Positions 9,455 through 18,933 of a stretch of 64,000 bases of DNA are shown here, piece after piece. Numbering within the stretch: the stretch's first letter is position 1; each line of letters begins with the position of its first letter. This DNA comes from Patescibacteria group bacterium UBA661. Its GTDB lineage: Bacteria > Patescibacteriota > Minisyncoccia > Phycocordibacterales > UBA918. Location: NCBI GenBank assembly GCA_002299465.1, contig DBNX01000014.1:19052-83051 (forward strand). Direction: 5' to 3'. The notes beneath the pieces were generated by a model, which ran no database searches, was not told where the DNA came from, and was given only the letters and a program-made list of their open reading frames with translations. Made by a program: the position numbers and the translations under genes.

Positions 9455-9907
9455 CTAAAAAAGACTTTCTACCACTGCCTTCACATCTTTGCCATCGGCT
9501 TGACTGCCTAGTTTCTTCATAACAGCGCCGATTAAGACACCGATTTTTGCTCGGTCAGAGACTCCTAACTCTTGTTTGACCGCTTCGGCAATGGGTCTGA
9601 TTTGGTCGGGGGTGAGGAGAGTCGGTAGGTAGGATTCTAAAATCACCAACTCCGCTTTTTCTGGGTCGGCTAGATCTTGTCTATGAGCAGCCTCAAATTG
9701 AACAATGGATTCTTTGCGTTGTTTGGCGAGTTTTTTTACCACAGCTAAAAATTCAGCATCGCTTAATTCAGCTTGCGGAGTACGCGCGGTGGCGACTAGT
9801 TCGTTAGTGCAAGCGGTCATTATACTGCGGACAGTGCGGAGCAAGACTTCATTTTTAGCTTTCATTGCCTCTTTTAAGGTGACGCGCAAATTGGTGTGCA
9901 TTGACAT
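9455..9907 (-). CDS. GatB/YqeY domain protein
   Basis: 150 aa with LKEAMKAK...AELSDAEFLAVVKKLAKQRKESI...DQIRPIAEAVKQ..GKVMK, typical of the YqeY family. Confidence 0.75.
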   Translation of the reverse strand: MSMHTNLRVTLKEAMKAKNEVLLRTVRSIMTACTNELVATARTPQAELSDAEFLAVVKKLAKQRKESIVQFEAAHRQDLADPEKAELVILESYLPTLLTPDQIRPIAEAVKQELGVSDRAKIGVLIGAVMKKLGSQADGKDVKAVVESLF

Positions 9908-10026
9908 AAGATTTAATTAAAACATTGCCAGTATAACATTGTTTTAGGTAAATCATAAAGAAGAAATCCGGAAAATACCTCAGCCAAATAATGAGTAGAC
10001 CGTGATATAATCAAACGAAAATAAAT

Positions 10027-11103
10027 ATGGAAACAGCAGTTTTACTTTTGTTGGCGTTAGTTTTGGGGGCTTTAGGTTTGGTGCTTTATGTGCTTTTTAC
10101 CAAAAAGACCGACCCAAAAGATAACCAAGCCCTGATTCTGATGCAACAACGCATTGAGGAACTTTCTCGTACTTTAGACACAAAATTGACCGAAGCCAAT
10201 CGAGCCATGCAGGAGGGGAGTCGGGTCCAATTTCGGGAAAGTCGCGAACTCATTCAAGCTATCAATCGCGAGGTTAATGAGCAATTGCGTGATGTGGTGA
10301 TAAAAACTACCGAAGTCAGCGAAAGTAGTAAACAAGTTTTTCAGATTGCTGATCAGCTAAAAGAGTTGCAGAGTATTCTAAAAAATCCAAAACAAAGAGG
10401 TATCTTGGGAGAGTATTATTTGGAGACTGTGCTACAAAATGTTTTGCCACCGGAGGGTTTCAAAATGCAATACGCTTTTACTGATGGGGAAGTGGTCGAT
10501 GCCGCGGTTTTTGTGAAAGGAAAAATCATCCCTGTTGACTCCAAGTTTTCTTTAGATAATTACAATCGTCTGGTGGAAGCGGCTGACGGTGCCGATAAAT
10601 TACAGCACGAAAAAAACTTTCTCAATGATCTTAAGCTTAGGATTACTGAAACCGCCAAATACATTCGCCCCACGGAGGGAACGATGGATTTTGCTTTTAT
10701 GTTCATTCCGCACGAGGGTATTTACTACGATTTACTTTCCAATCGAGTGGGTGCGGGTGAAGAAAATCTTATTCAGCGAGCGGCTGGTAAGTATCGTGTA
10801 ATTATCGTTTCCCCGACTTCTTTTTTGGCATATTTGCAAACAGTACTACAAGGTCTTAAGGCGCTTGAAATTGAAGAAAAAGCTCAGGACATTATCAAAA
10901 ATGTCGATAAGCTGAGTGGCCACATTGCTAAATACGAAGATTATTATCAAAAACTAGGAATGTCTTTAAGCACGACTGTCAATCATTACAATGCCGGCTA
11001 CAAAGAACTAGGGAAAGTAGACAAGGACATTTTGAAAATTACTGGTGAGAAGGTGGGTATAGAGACGCTTACTTTGGATAAGCCACAAAAGATTGATGAT
11101 TGA
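10027..11103 (+). CDS. rmuC: DNA recombination protein RmuC
   Basis: N-terminal TM helix, long coiled coil, and the conserved RmuC core (DFAFMFIPHEGIYYDLL...VIIVSPTSFLAYLQ). Confidence 0.8.
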   Translation: METAVLLLLALVLGALGLVLYVLFTKKTDPKDNQALILMQQRIEELSRTLDTKLTEANRAMQEGSRVQFRESRELIQAINREVNEQLRDVVIKTTEVSESSKQVFQIADQLKELQSILKNPKQRGILGEYYLETVLQNVLPPEGFKMQYAFTDGEVVDAAVFVKGKIIPVDSKFSLDNYNRLVEAADGADKLQHEKNFLNDLKLRITETAKYIRPTEGTMDFAFMFIPHEGIYYDLLSNRVGAGEENLIQRAAGKYRVIIVSPTSFLAYLQTVLQGLKALEIEEKAQDIIKNVDKLSGHIAKYEDYYQKLGMSLSTTVNHYNAGYKELGKVDKDILKITGEKVGIETLTLDKPQKIDD

Positions 11104-11132
11104 TTTTCTGTTTTTCTAAGCAGGATAAAATT

Positions 11133-11160
11133 TTGCTCATTTCTAATAAATCTGTATAAT
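11133..11160 (+). promoter_or_regulatory. candidate sigma70 promoter (TTGCTC-16-TATAAT) driving the aspS leader
   Basis: ttgctc at 11133-11138 and tataat at 11155-11160. Confidence 0.35.
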
Positions 11161-11166
11161 CAAAAA

Positions 11167-11395
11167 ACACCGCTGACGTGGCTGACACCACCGAGGTGAG
11201 AGAAGAAATCTTTCTGGAATTTAAGCACTCGTTACTTATCCAGAAAGTCAGTAGAACTCTCCGTAATCTAGTGGGCACGATACGCCCCAAGTGAGCGCTC
11301 ACACTGTATACAGTGGGGAAGTAGGGTGGCACCGCGATTAAATCGCCCCTACAGATATTTATTCTTAATAACATATCTGAGGGGCGATTTGCGTT
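11167..11395 (+). promoter_or_regulatory. T-box riboswitch leader (tRNA-Asp responsive) upstream of aspS
   Basis: Exact T-box core AGGGUGGCACCGCG at 11323-11336. Canonical antiterminator: A1 AGGG/CCCU, 7-nt bulge UGGCACC, A2 GCGA-UUAAA-UCGC. Overlapping alternative terminator hairpin aaatcgcccct (11340-11350) ... aggggcgattt (11380-11390). An AGAGA-like box (gagagaag) and GAC triplets lie upstream. Confidence 0.6.
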
Positions 11396-11414
11396 CCTCT
11401 TAAATTAAAAAACT

Positions 11415-12767
11415 ATGGAAAGAACTTTAATCAGCTCACTAGCTGAGCACATTGAGAAAGAGGTTGTCATTAAAGGTTGGATTGATGTAGCGCGCGATCA
11501 AGGTAAGGTTATTTTCTTTGATTTACGCGACCGCACCGGTGTTGTGCAAGGCGTTGTTTTTGGTAAACCTGAGATTCTAGAAACAGCAAAAACCGGACGG
11601 GTTGGTTGTGTTGTGTCTGTCACTGGTAAAGTCCATAAACGTCCCGACAAAATGCGCAACGACAAAGTGCAAAACGGCGATATTGAACTAGAAATTACGA
11701 ATCTCGAAATAATCAATACCGCCCTACCCATGCCTTTTGCGGAGGATGCCGAACTTAACCTCGACACTTTGCTTGATTATCGTCCGCTTACCCTACGCCG
11801 CGAGCGGGAGCGAGCTATTTTTAAGATTCAAGCTGAAATCTTGGTTGCTTACCGTAACTACCTTAACAGCCAAGGATTCACAGAGTTTCAGGCCCCTAAA
11901 TTAGTTGGTGGTGACGCTGAGGGTGGGGCGGAAGTTTTTCGGGTAAAATATTTTAAAGGAGTGGAAGCTTCACTTGCTACTAGTCCGCAACTTTACAAGC
12001 AAATTATGGCGGGTGTGTTTGAACGAGTCTATGCGGTTGGTCCAACTTTTAGAGCTGAAAAAAGCGCCACCACTCGGCATCTTTCGGAGATATCAATGCT
12101 GGACTTGGAAATGGCTTTTATCAAAGACCATACGGATGTGATTACCTTAGTCACTAGCTTGATGCGGGAAATTGTAGAGCATATCAATGACACTTGTGCC
12201 AAAGAATTGACGCTCTTAGGGCAGCCCTTGGCTCTGGCGCCACAAACCTTTCCCGTAATGACCCTGCGTGAAGCGCAAGCCCTGATCAAGAAAGAAACTG
12301 GTGTTGACAAGACCCAAGAACCCGACCTGGAACCAGAAGACGAGCGTTTTCTTTGTGATTATGCTAATAAACATCTCCACTCGGACTTTGTGTTCGTCAC
12401 ACATTTTCCAACCAGCAAACGTCCGTTTTACACTCACATCGACCCAGCTTGTCCGGAGTTTACTCGTAGTTTTGACCTTCTTTTCCGTGGTTTGGAAATG
12501 TGTTCGGGTGGACAGCGTGTCCATAAGTACGAAGAGTTAGTTGAACGCATAAAAAGTAAGGGGCTTGATCCAGATAAGTTTCAGTTTTACTTACAGGCCT
12601 TTAAGTACGGCATTCCACCGCACGGCGGAATCGGTCTGGGCTTAGAACGTCTTACCGCTAAGTTTTGCGGAGTTACTAACGTCAAAGAAGCTACTCTTTT
12701 CCCGCGAGACATCAACCGCATAGATACTTTCACCAGTCAGGAACAAAGTGAAACGGCAGACCTTTAA
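11415..12767 (+). CDS. aspS: aspartate--tRNA ligase, short archaeal/non-discriminating type
   Basis: 450 aa with an N-terminal OB anticodon-binding domain and class II motifs (FRAE, GGIGLGLERL). Lacks the bacterial GAD insertion. Confidence 0.9.
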   Translation: MERTLISSLAEHIEKEVVIKGWIDVARDQGKVIFFDLRDRTGVVQGVVFGKPEILETAKTGRVGCVVSVTGKVHKRPDKMRNDKVQNGDIELEITNLEIINTALPMPFAEDAELNLDTLLDYRPLTLRRERERAIFKIQAEILVAYRNYLNSQGFTEFQAPKLVGGDAEGGAEVFRVKYFKGVEASLATSPQLYKQIMAGVFERVYAVGPTFRAEKSATTRHLSEISMLDLEMAFIKDHTDVITLVTSLMREIVEHINDTCAKELTLLGQPLALAPQTFPVMTLREAQALIKKETGVDKTQEPDLEPEDERFLCDYANKHLHSDFVFVTHFPTSKRPFYTHIDPACPEFTRSFDLLFRGLEMCSGGQRVHKYEELVERIKSKGLDPDKFQFYLQAFKYGIPPHGGIGLGLERLTAKFCGVTNVKEATLFPRDINRIDTFTSQEQSETADL

Positions 12768-12818
12768 ACTAAAGACTAACAACCAAACATTCGGCTTTGA
12801 CTTACTCTGGGGTATACT

Positions 12819-14237
12819 GTGTTCACTATGCTTAAAATCACCATCAGTACCAAGTCGTTATCAGATCAACCAGCAAAATACACCCGTTTGGTGGTTACCG
12901 AAGACCCAATCAGCACCCACCGTTTCCGAGAAGACGAAAAGGGAATTACTACTTACCGGATGGGTATCGGCAAGTATGCCGATATGGATGCGCGCGCTTT
13001 TCGGACTATGATTCGGTCAGTCGTGCAAGCCGCCAAAAGCCACGAAGTTGAGGCCTTGGCGATAGCATTAGATTTTAACCAATTTCCAAAACTAGCTTCA
13101 TACCCGCCAGATTGGTTGGTGAGTACTGTTACCGAAAACTTGCTCTTGGCTAGTTACGAATTCCTCAAATATAAAACCAAAGAAAAGAAAAAGACTCTCA
13201 CGGAAGTAGTGTTGGTTGATTTGACCGAACCGTCCTCTAAAGCTGGCTTAAGCCGGGGTCTTGTCGTGGGTGAGTATGTAAATTGGGCGCGTGATTTAGC
13301 TAACACTGCAGCCTGCGATTTGTCACCAGCAAAATTAGCCGAAGCGGCTAAAAAACTAATGGCCAACACCAAAGTTTCTGTCAAAGTGTTGGGGCAAAAA
13401 GATCTGGTGAAGTTAAAAATGGGCGCGCTTTTGGCGGTTGGTCAGGGCACGCGTCAAGAGACTAAATTAATTATTGCCGAATACTGGGGAGCTGGTAAGA
13501 ATGACAAAACAAAACCACTGGTGCTCATCGGCAAGGGAATCACTTATGACACGGGTGGTCTCAATGTAAAGCCATCAGGATCTATGCACGAGATGCATAT
13601 GGATATGTCTGGTGGCGCCACCGTACTAGCCGCAATCGCCGCTGCCGCCAAATTGGGATTAAAGAAAAACATCGTTGCCTTAGTGCCAGCCGCTGAAAAT
13701 GCCATTTCTGATACAGCGATGCGAGCGGGCGATATCGTCACGGCTATGAATGGTAAGACCATCGAGATTCTGCACACCGATGCCGAAGGACGACTTATTC
13801 TGGCGGATGCCCTAACTTACAGTCAGCGTTATCAACCACGAGCGATTTTGGACGTGGCGACATTGACCGGCGCTGCGTTAGTGGCGCTCGGACAGCACGC
13901 CAGTGCTGTTATGACCAAAGACCAAAATTTGCAGGATACTTTGGTTAAACTGGGAGAGGTTTCCGGTGATTTGATTTGGCCACTGCCACTTTGGGACGAG
14001 TACAAACAACACCTCAAAAGTTATCGCGCTGATGTAAGCAATATCGCCACTAATTTCTCACGGTTTGGTGGTTCTATTGAAGGTGGGACATTTCTTTCCT
14101 TTTTCGCTCCAGCCGACACGCCTTGGGCACATCTTGATATCGCACCCCGCATGGATAGTATTCCTAGTGATAAATTAGCGAAGGGGGCAACTGGTGAGCC
14201 GGTGCGTCTGCTGATTTCTTTTCTCGAAAACTATTAA
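12819..14237 (+). CDS. pepA: leucyl aminopeptidase (M17 family)
   Basis: NTDAEGRL signature and the M17 catalytic-domain motifs (GKGITYDTGG, MDMSGGA). Confidence 0.85.
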   Translation: MFTMLKITISTKSLSDQPAKYTRLVVTEDPISTHRFREDEKGITTYRMGIGKYADMDARAFRTMIRSVVQAAKSHEVEALAIALDFNQFPKLASYPPDWLVSTVTENLLLASYEFLKYKTKEKKKTLTEVVLVDLTEPSSKAGLSRGLVVGEYVNWARDLANTAACDLSPAKLAEAAKKLMANTKVSVKVLGQKDLVKLKMGALLAVGQGTRQETKLIIAEYWGAGKNDKTKPLVLIGKGITYDTGGLNVKPSGSMHEMHMDMSGGATVLAAIAAAAKLGLKKNIVALVPAAENAISDTAMRAGDIVTAMNGKTIEILHTDAEGRLILADALTYSQRYQPRAILDVATLTGAALVALGQHASAVMTKDQNLQDTLVKLGEVSGDLIWPLPLWDEYKQHLKSYRADVSNIATNFSRFGGSIEGGTFLSFFAPADTPWAHLDIAPRMDSIPSDKLAKGATGEPVRLLISFLENY

Positions 14238-14286
14238 TTCACATTAAACCAACACTGAGTGTGTTAGTATTTTTGTAATCGTCACA

Positions 14287-15027
14287 ATGTTTAGTAATAA
14301 TCAATCAGTTATCTCTGTTAAGACGGAAGTCTTTGAAGGTCCGCTTGAACTGCTTTTGGATTTGGTTGAAAAACGTAAGTTGCTCATAAATGATATTTCG
14401 CTGGCGTCAGTAACTGACGAGTATATGCGAGAAATCAGTGCCTTGCCGGAATTGTCGTTACCAAACGCTACCCACTTTGTTGCCCTCGCCGCCACCTTGC
14501 TACTCGTAAAATCAAAATCGCTTTTGCCGATACTTGACCTGACCGCTGAGGAAGAGCAGAGCATTGATGATTTAGAATCGCGTCTTAAGTATTATCAAAT
14601 AATTCGTGATGTGGCTCTACCTCTACAGCTTAGATTCGGGAAAACAATTCTTTACACCCCGCAGTTTACGCCGCCAGCCATTAGTGTTTTTGTCCCGGAT
14701 CAGTACTGCAATTTAAGCTCATTACAAATCGCTATTAACGACGTCATGGTTGGTCTGCCTGTCCAGGAAAAGCCGCGACAAGCCACAGTAAAAATGACTA
14801 TTTCACTAGAAGAAATGATGTCTCGTTTAGAATCAAGAATTCGCCAGAACTTAAAAACAAAATTTTCCGAATTGCATCTAGGTGAAGTCGAAAAAAAGAC
14901 CGTGATTGTTAGTTTTCTTGCCTTGTTAGAACTTTTCAAACAAGGGCATTTAATCGTTACTCAAAACGAACGTTTTGCTGAAATTGAGATCGAACTGGAA
15001 CACCAAGACACTCCGCGTTACTATTGA
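14287..15027 (+). CDS. scpA: segregation and condensation protein A
   Basis: ScpA N-terminal motif (FEGPLELLLDLVEKRKLLINDISLASVTDEY); immediately followed by scpB. Confidence 0.8.
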   Translation: MFSNNQSVISVKTEVFEGPLELLLDLVEKRKLLINDISLASVTDEYMREISALPELSLPNATHFVALAATLLLVKSKSLLPILDLTAEEEQSIDDLESRLKYYQIIRDVALPLQLRFGKTILYTPQFTPPAISVFVPDQYCNLSSLQIAINDVMVGLPVQEKPRQATVKMTISLEEMMSRLESRIRQNLKTKFSELHLGEVEKKTVIVSFLALLELFKQGHLIVTQNERFAEIEIELEHQDTPRYY

Positions 15028-15103
15028 CAAACTAACATAAAAATTACTTAGATTTACACCGTGCGGAACTCTTACCGAAACGGAATTGTGTTAGAATGCC
15101 AGT

Positions 15104-15643
15104 ATGCCAATTGATATCCTCATTGAAGGATTGTTGTTTTATAAGTCTGCTCCGCAAAAGAAGGCGGTGGTGTTGAAATTGTTTGGCATCTCAGAAGAAG
15201 AATTAACTAACGGTCTGAACACTCTGCGAGAAAGATTGCAATCGGGGGCGACTCGATTGATTGAAACGGACACCGAAATTCAACTAGTCACCGCTCCTGA
15301 ATTGTCACCTGTGATTGAAGCACTCCGCAAATCAGAACTAAAAGCCGACATCGGCAAAGCCGGAGCTGAGACTCTAGCGATCATTCTGTATCAGGGTCCT
15401 ATTTCACGCACTGATATTGATCGGATTCGGGGTGTAAATTCATCTTTTATTCTGCGCAATCTGCAAATCCGTGGACTGATTGAACGCACGACGGCTGAAG
15501 TGGGTTCTGGTTATCGTTATCTCGCAACCACTGCCTTATTGGCTCATCTCGGCGTTACGCACAAACACGAATTGCCAGATTTTTCTAAAGTAGCGAATAC
15601 GCTGGAAGAATTTTCCGCCACTGAAATTACACAAACTCTATGA
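15104..15643 (+). CDS. scpB: segregation and condensation protein B
   Basis: ScpB winged-helix motifs (GPISRTDIDRIRGVNSSFILRNL..RGLIER); 179 aa. Confidence 0.8.
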   Translation: MPIDILIEGLLFYKSAPQKKAVVLKLFGISEEELTNGLNTLRERLQSGATRLIETDTEIQLVTAPELSPVIEALRKSELKADIGKAGAETLAIILYQGPISRTDIDRIRGVNSSFILRNLQIRGLIERTTAEVGSGYRYLATTALLAHLGVTHKHELPDFSKVANTLEEFSATEITQTL

Positions 15644-16704
15644 ACCAGCCAGACAAAAATGAAACTGTTGCTGTGCCACCCGAGGATTTTATCTTACCTG
15701 AAGATTATGCCAACCGAGAAGAACCTTCGGAAAACCCCAACCCTCGTTTTCGCGTTTTGCCGCACCTAGCTCTCTTGGCGTTGATTTTGTTTGCGCTTTT
15801 TAGTGCTCTGATTTTGCCTCAAGCCTTTTCTTCTCTGCAGTTTGCCAGCGTCGCCACGCCGCCCACACCAGTGGCGACCGCTGTTGTCTCAGAGTTACCA
15901 GCAAACCCCTGGACGGAGATTAATCTAACCGCTGAAGCTGTGCATGTCTGGGATATTGCCGAACAGCAGACTTTGTTCAGTAAAAATGCTGATGAAAAAT
16001 TACCTTTGGCTTCAATTACCAAACTCATGACCGCACTACTTTCTTACGAGTTAGTTGAAGATGACACACTGGTAACTATTTCACCCGCCGCCGCTAGACA
16101 GGAAAGCGGGGGCTGGTTTTTAGCTGGCGAAAAATACCGAGCAAAAGAGCTGGCCGATTTTTCTTTAATCACCTCACACAACAGCGCGGCTTATACCTTA
16201 GCTGATGCGGTAGGAGCTTTGCTTGGTTATGCAAGGCCGGTTGAGCAGTTTGTGCAAGTGATGAATATTCGATCCGCGGAATTAGGTTTGCACACCTTTG
16301 AGTTTAATAACCCAACCGGCTTAGATATTTCAGATACGATTGCTGGTGGCTACGGTAGTGCCTATGATGTCAATCGACTAATGGAGTACATTGTCAAAAA
16401 CCACCCGGAGATTTTATTACCTACCATCACCCCAGAGATTCGTCTCTATAACACGGGCGGGAGTTTTCATGAAGCCGACAACACCAACAATCTGGTATCA
16501 GAATTTCCCGGTCTCGTTGGTTCTAAGACCGGCTTTACTGATTTAGCGGGCGGTAATCTGACGATTGTGTTTGATGCTGGTTTTAATCGTCTGGTGGCAA
16601 TAACGGTTTTGGGCTCGACGCGAGCCAACCGCTTTACGGACGTCAAAGCGTTAGTCAACGCTGTTCAGTCAACTCTTACCAGCAACCCGAGCCCGCAAAA
16701 TTAA
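15640..16704 (+). CDS. D-alanyl-D-alanine carboxypeptidase (S11 family, PBP5-like)
   Basis: Overlaps scpB by 4 nt. Contains SITK (ASITKLMTA), SHN (TSHNSAA) and KTG (GSKTGFT) motifs. Confidence 0.7.
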   Translation: MNQPDKNETVAVPPEDFILPEDYANREEPSENPNPRFRVLPHLALLALILFALFSALILPQAFSSLQFASVATPPTPVATAVVSELPANPWTEINLTAEAVHVWDIAEQQTLFSKNADEKLPLASITKLMTALLSYELVEDDTLVTISPAAARQESGGWFLAGEKYRAKELADFSLITSHNSAAYTLADAVGALLGYARPVEQFVQVMNIRSAELGLHTFEFNNPTGLDISDTIAGGYGSAYDVNRLMEYIVKNHPEILLPTITPEIRLYNTGGSFHEADNTNNLVSEFPGLVGSKTGFTDLAGGNLTIVFDAGFNRLVAITVLGSTRANRFTDVKALVNAVQSTLTSNPSPQN

Positions 16705-16714
16705 TCTATTCACT

Positions 16715-17782
16715 ATGGAAATCCTCACTCTTAAAATTCTCTTGCCTTCGGTTATCGCTTTTGCGATTGGTGTCATGATTACACCAATCGTGACACACTA
16801 TCTTTACGCTTTTAAGGTTTGGAAAAAACAGGGCGGTAAAACTGATATGTTAGGAAAAACCGCTGAAGAATTCAATCGTCTTAAGGGTGACGATGAGGTA
16901 AAAACGCCACGGATGGGCGGGATTGTTATTTGGGGGAGTGTGATTATTACGGTGTCGCTATTGTTTATTCTTACCCTAGTCAACGATATTGAATTTTTTG
17001 CAGAGGTTTTTTTCCTTACTCGTTCACAAACTTGGATACCATTTGCGGTTTTTGTTATCGGGGCACTGATTGGTTTTATGAATGATTTTTATGACGTACA
17101 ACACGGTGGGCGAGGGGTGCCACTGCGAGTGCGTTTAGTTTTGATCAGTCTAATCTCAGGATTTATTGGGTGGTGGTTTTATGCAAAACTCGGGGTAACT
17201 ACCGTGGGTAATCCCTTCGGTGAGCCAATCTTCCTAGGAATTTTACTAATTCCTTTCTTTATTCTCCTCACTAACGCGGTTTATGCCAGCGGTGTTATAG
17301 ACGGCATTGATGGACTTTCCGGTGGAGTTTTTGCTACCGTTTTTGCGGCTTACGCTGGTGTCGCCATCCTCTATTCGCAATACGACTTAGCCGCTTTTTG
17401 CATAATGCTAGTGGGAGCGATTCTGGCGTTTCTCTGGTTCAATATCCCACCAGCACGTTTTTGGATGACCGAAACTGGAACAATGCCACTCACCCTCACT
17501 TTGGCAGTAATTCTCCTGATGACTGATCAGTTGGTTGGCGGATACGGAATCGCCTTGTTTGTAATTATTGGTTTTGTGCTAGCGGCCACAGTCACTTCAA
17601 ATGTTTTACAGATTGGTTTTCGCAAATTGGCTGGTCGCAAACTATTCCGCATCGCCCCCTTACATCATCATTTTGAAGCCATTGGCTGGCCTTCTTACAA
17701 GGTCACGATGCGTTATTGGGTGATCAGTATGATTTGTGCTGTGTTGGGGGTAATTATCGCTACTTTACTCGGCACAACTTAG
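16715..17782 (+). CDS. mraY: phospho-N-acetylmuramoyl-pentapeptide transferase
   Basis: Ten predicted TM helices and MraY motifs (NAVYASGVIDGIDGLSGG; HHHFE). Confidence 0.85.
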   Translation: MEILTLKILLPSVIAFAIGVMITPIVTHYLYAFKVWKKQGGKTDMLGKTAEEFNRLKGDDEVKTPRMGGIVIWGSVIITVSLLFILTLVNDIEFFAEVFFLTRSQTWIPFAVFVIGALIGFMNDFYDVQHGGRGVPLRVRLVLISLISGFIGWWFYAKLGVTTVGNPFGEPIFLGILLIPFFILLTNAVYASGVIDGIDGLSGGVFATVFAAYAGVAILYSQYDLAAFCIMLVGAILAFLWFNIPPARFWMTETGTMPLTLTLAVILLMTDQLVGGYGIALFVIIGFVLAATVTSNVLQIGFRKLAGRKLFRIAPLHHHFEAIGWPSYKVTMRYWVISMICAVLGVIIATLLGTT

Positions 17783-17799
17783 ACTAATTTAGTCACATT

Positions 17800-18921
17800 A
17801 TGCCCACCCCACACCCACCACGTTCCATCGACCTAATCTTACTTTCACTTATCGGAATACTTCTTCTAGTTGGATTTTTTACTTTTATATCAGCCTCCCT
17901 CGGTCTCTTAGCGAGGACGGGTGCTAGCTTCGGCTCAGTTGCTTTTAGTCAGTTTTTTTTTGGTATTTTGGGTGGTTTAGTCGCTCTGGTAATCACTAGC
18001 AACATCTACTATCGCAACTGGCGGCGGTACTCACTCTACATTTTTCTGGCTGGTATTTTTGCTACTTTGCTAGTTTTTGTCCCCGGTCTAGGAATGAGTC
18101 ATGGTGGAGCCACACGCTGGCTTGATCTTGGTTTTACGACCGTCCAACCGTCAGAGTTTCTAAAAATCGCCTTTGTCATTTACACTGCAGCCCTTTTTTC
18201 TGGACTGCATCGACAGCTTGATACTTGGCGTTATGGCGTACTGCCTTTTCTGGGTGTACTAGCGGTAGTTTCTGCAATCGTCCTGATTCAACCAGACACC
18301 GATACTTTTCTAGTGATGGCTGCGACCGGAACAACTATGTTCATCGTGGCGGGTGCGCGCTGGCGACATATTTTATTACTGGTTGTCACCGCGGTTTGTG
18401 TGCTGGCAGTTTTGGCTTTTAGTCGACCCTACATCATGGATCGTCTCACTACTTTTATCAATCCCGCGAATGACCCCTTGGGAAGCGGTTATCAAATCCA
18501 ACAGTCGTTGATTGCCATTGGTTCAGGTGGTCTCTTTGGTCGCGGCTATGGTCAAAGTGTTCAAAAATTTGAATATTTACCCGAGCCTATCAGTGACTCT
18601 ATTTTTGCCGTTTATGCTGAAGAATTCGGCTTTGTTGGTAGCTTTTTTTTGATTTTGCTATTTACCGCGCTTACGTTTCGTGGTTTTAAAATCGCCGCTA
18701 CGGCAGAAGATTTATTTGGGATGTTACTGGTGGTGGGTTTTATGACACTGATCGCTTCGCAAGCTTTTCTCAATATGGCAGCTTTATCAGGAATCGCCCC
18801 GCTTTCCGGTCTGCCACTGCCGTTTGTCAGCCATGGCGGAACCGCTTTATTTGCGGTTTTGGCGTCTTTGGGTATCGTTCTTAATGTGTCAAAATATCGC
18901 ATCAACCCAAGGCGGTCGTGA
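17800..18921 (+). CDS. ftsW: FtsW/RodA/SpoVE family peptidoglycan glycosyltransferase
   Basis: Polytopic SEDS family protein (QPSEFLKIAFVIY...LPEPISDSIFAVYAEEFGFVG), located between mraY and murG. Confidence 0.8.
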   Translation: MPTPHPPRSIDLILLSLIGILLLVGFFTFISASLGLLARTGASFGSVAFSQFFFGILGGLVALVITSNIYYRNWRRYSLYIFLAGIFATLLVFVPGLGMSHGGATRWLDLGFTTVQPSEFLKIAFVIYTAALFSGLHRQLDTWRYGVLPFLGVLAVVSAIVLIQPDTDTFLVMAATGTTMFIVAGARWRHILLLVVTAVCVLAVLAFSRPYIMDRLTTFINPANDPLGSGYQIQQSLIAIGSGGLFGRGYGQSVQKFEYLPEPISDSIFAVYAEEFGFVGSFFLILLFTALTFRGFKIAATAEDLFGMLLVVGFMTLIASQAFLNMAALSGIAPLSGLPLPFVSHGGTALFAVLASLGIVLNVSKYRINPRRS

Positions 18922-18933
18922 TACACTTGTTTT

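Noticed and set aside
12748-13011. 87-aa plus-strand ORF overlapping the aspS end and the pepA start
   Set aside because: It is in a different frame from pepA, whose M17 motifs are clear. It is a shadow ORF.
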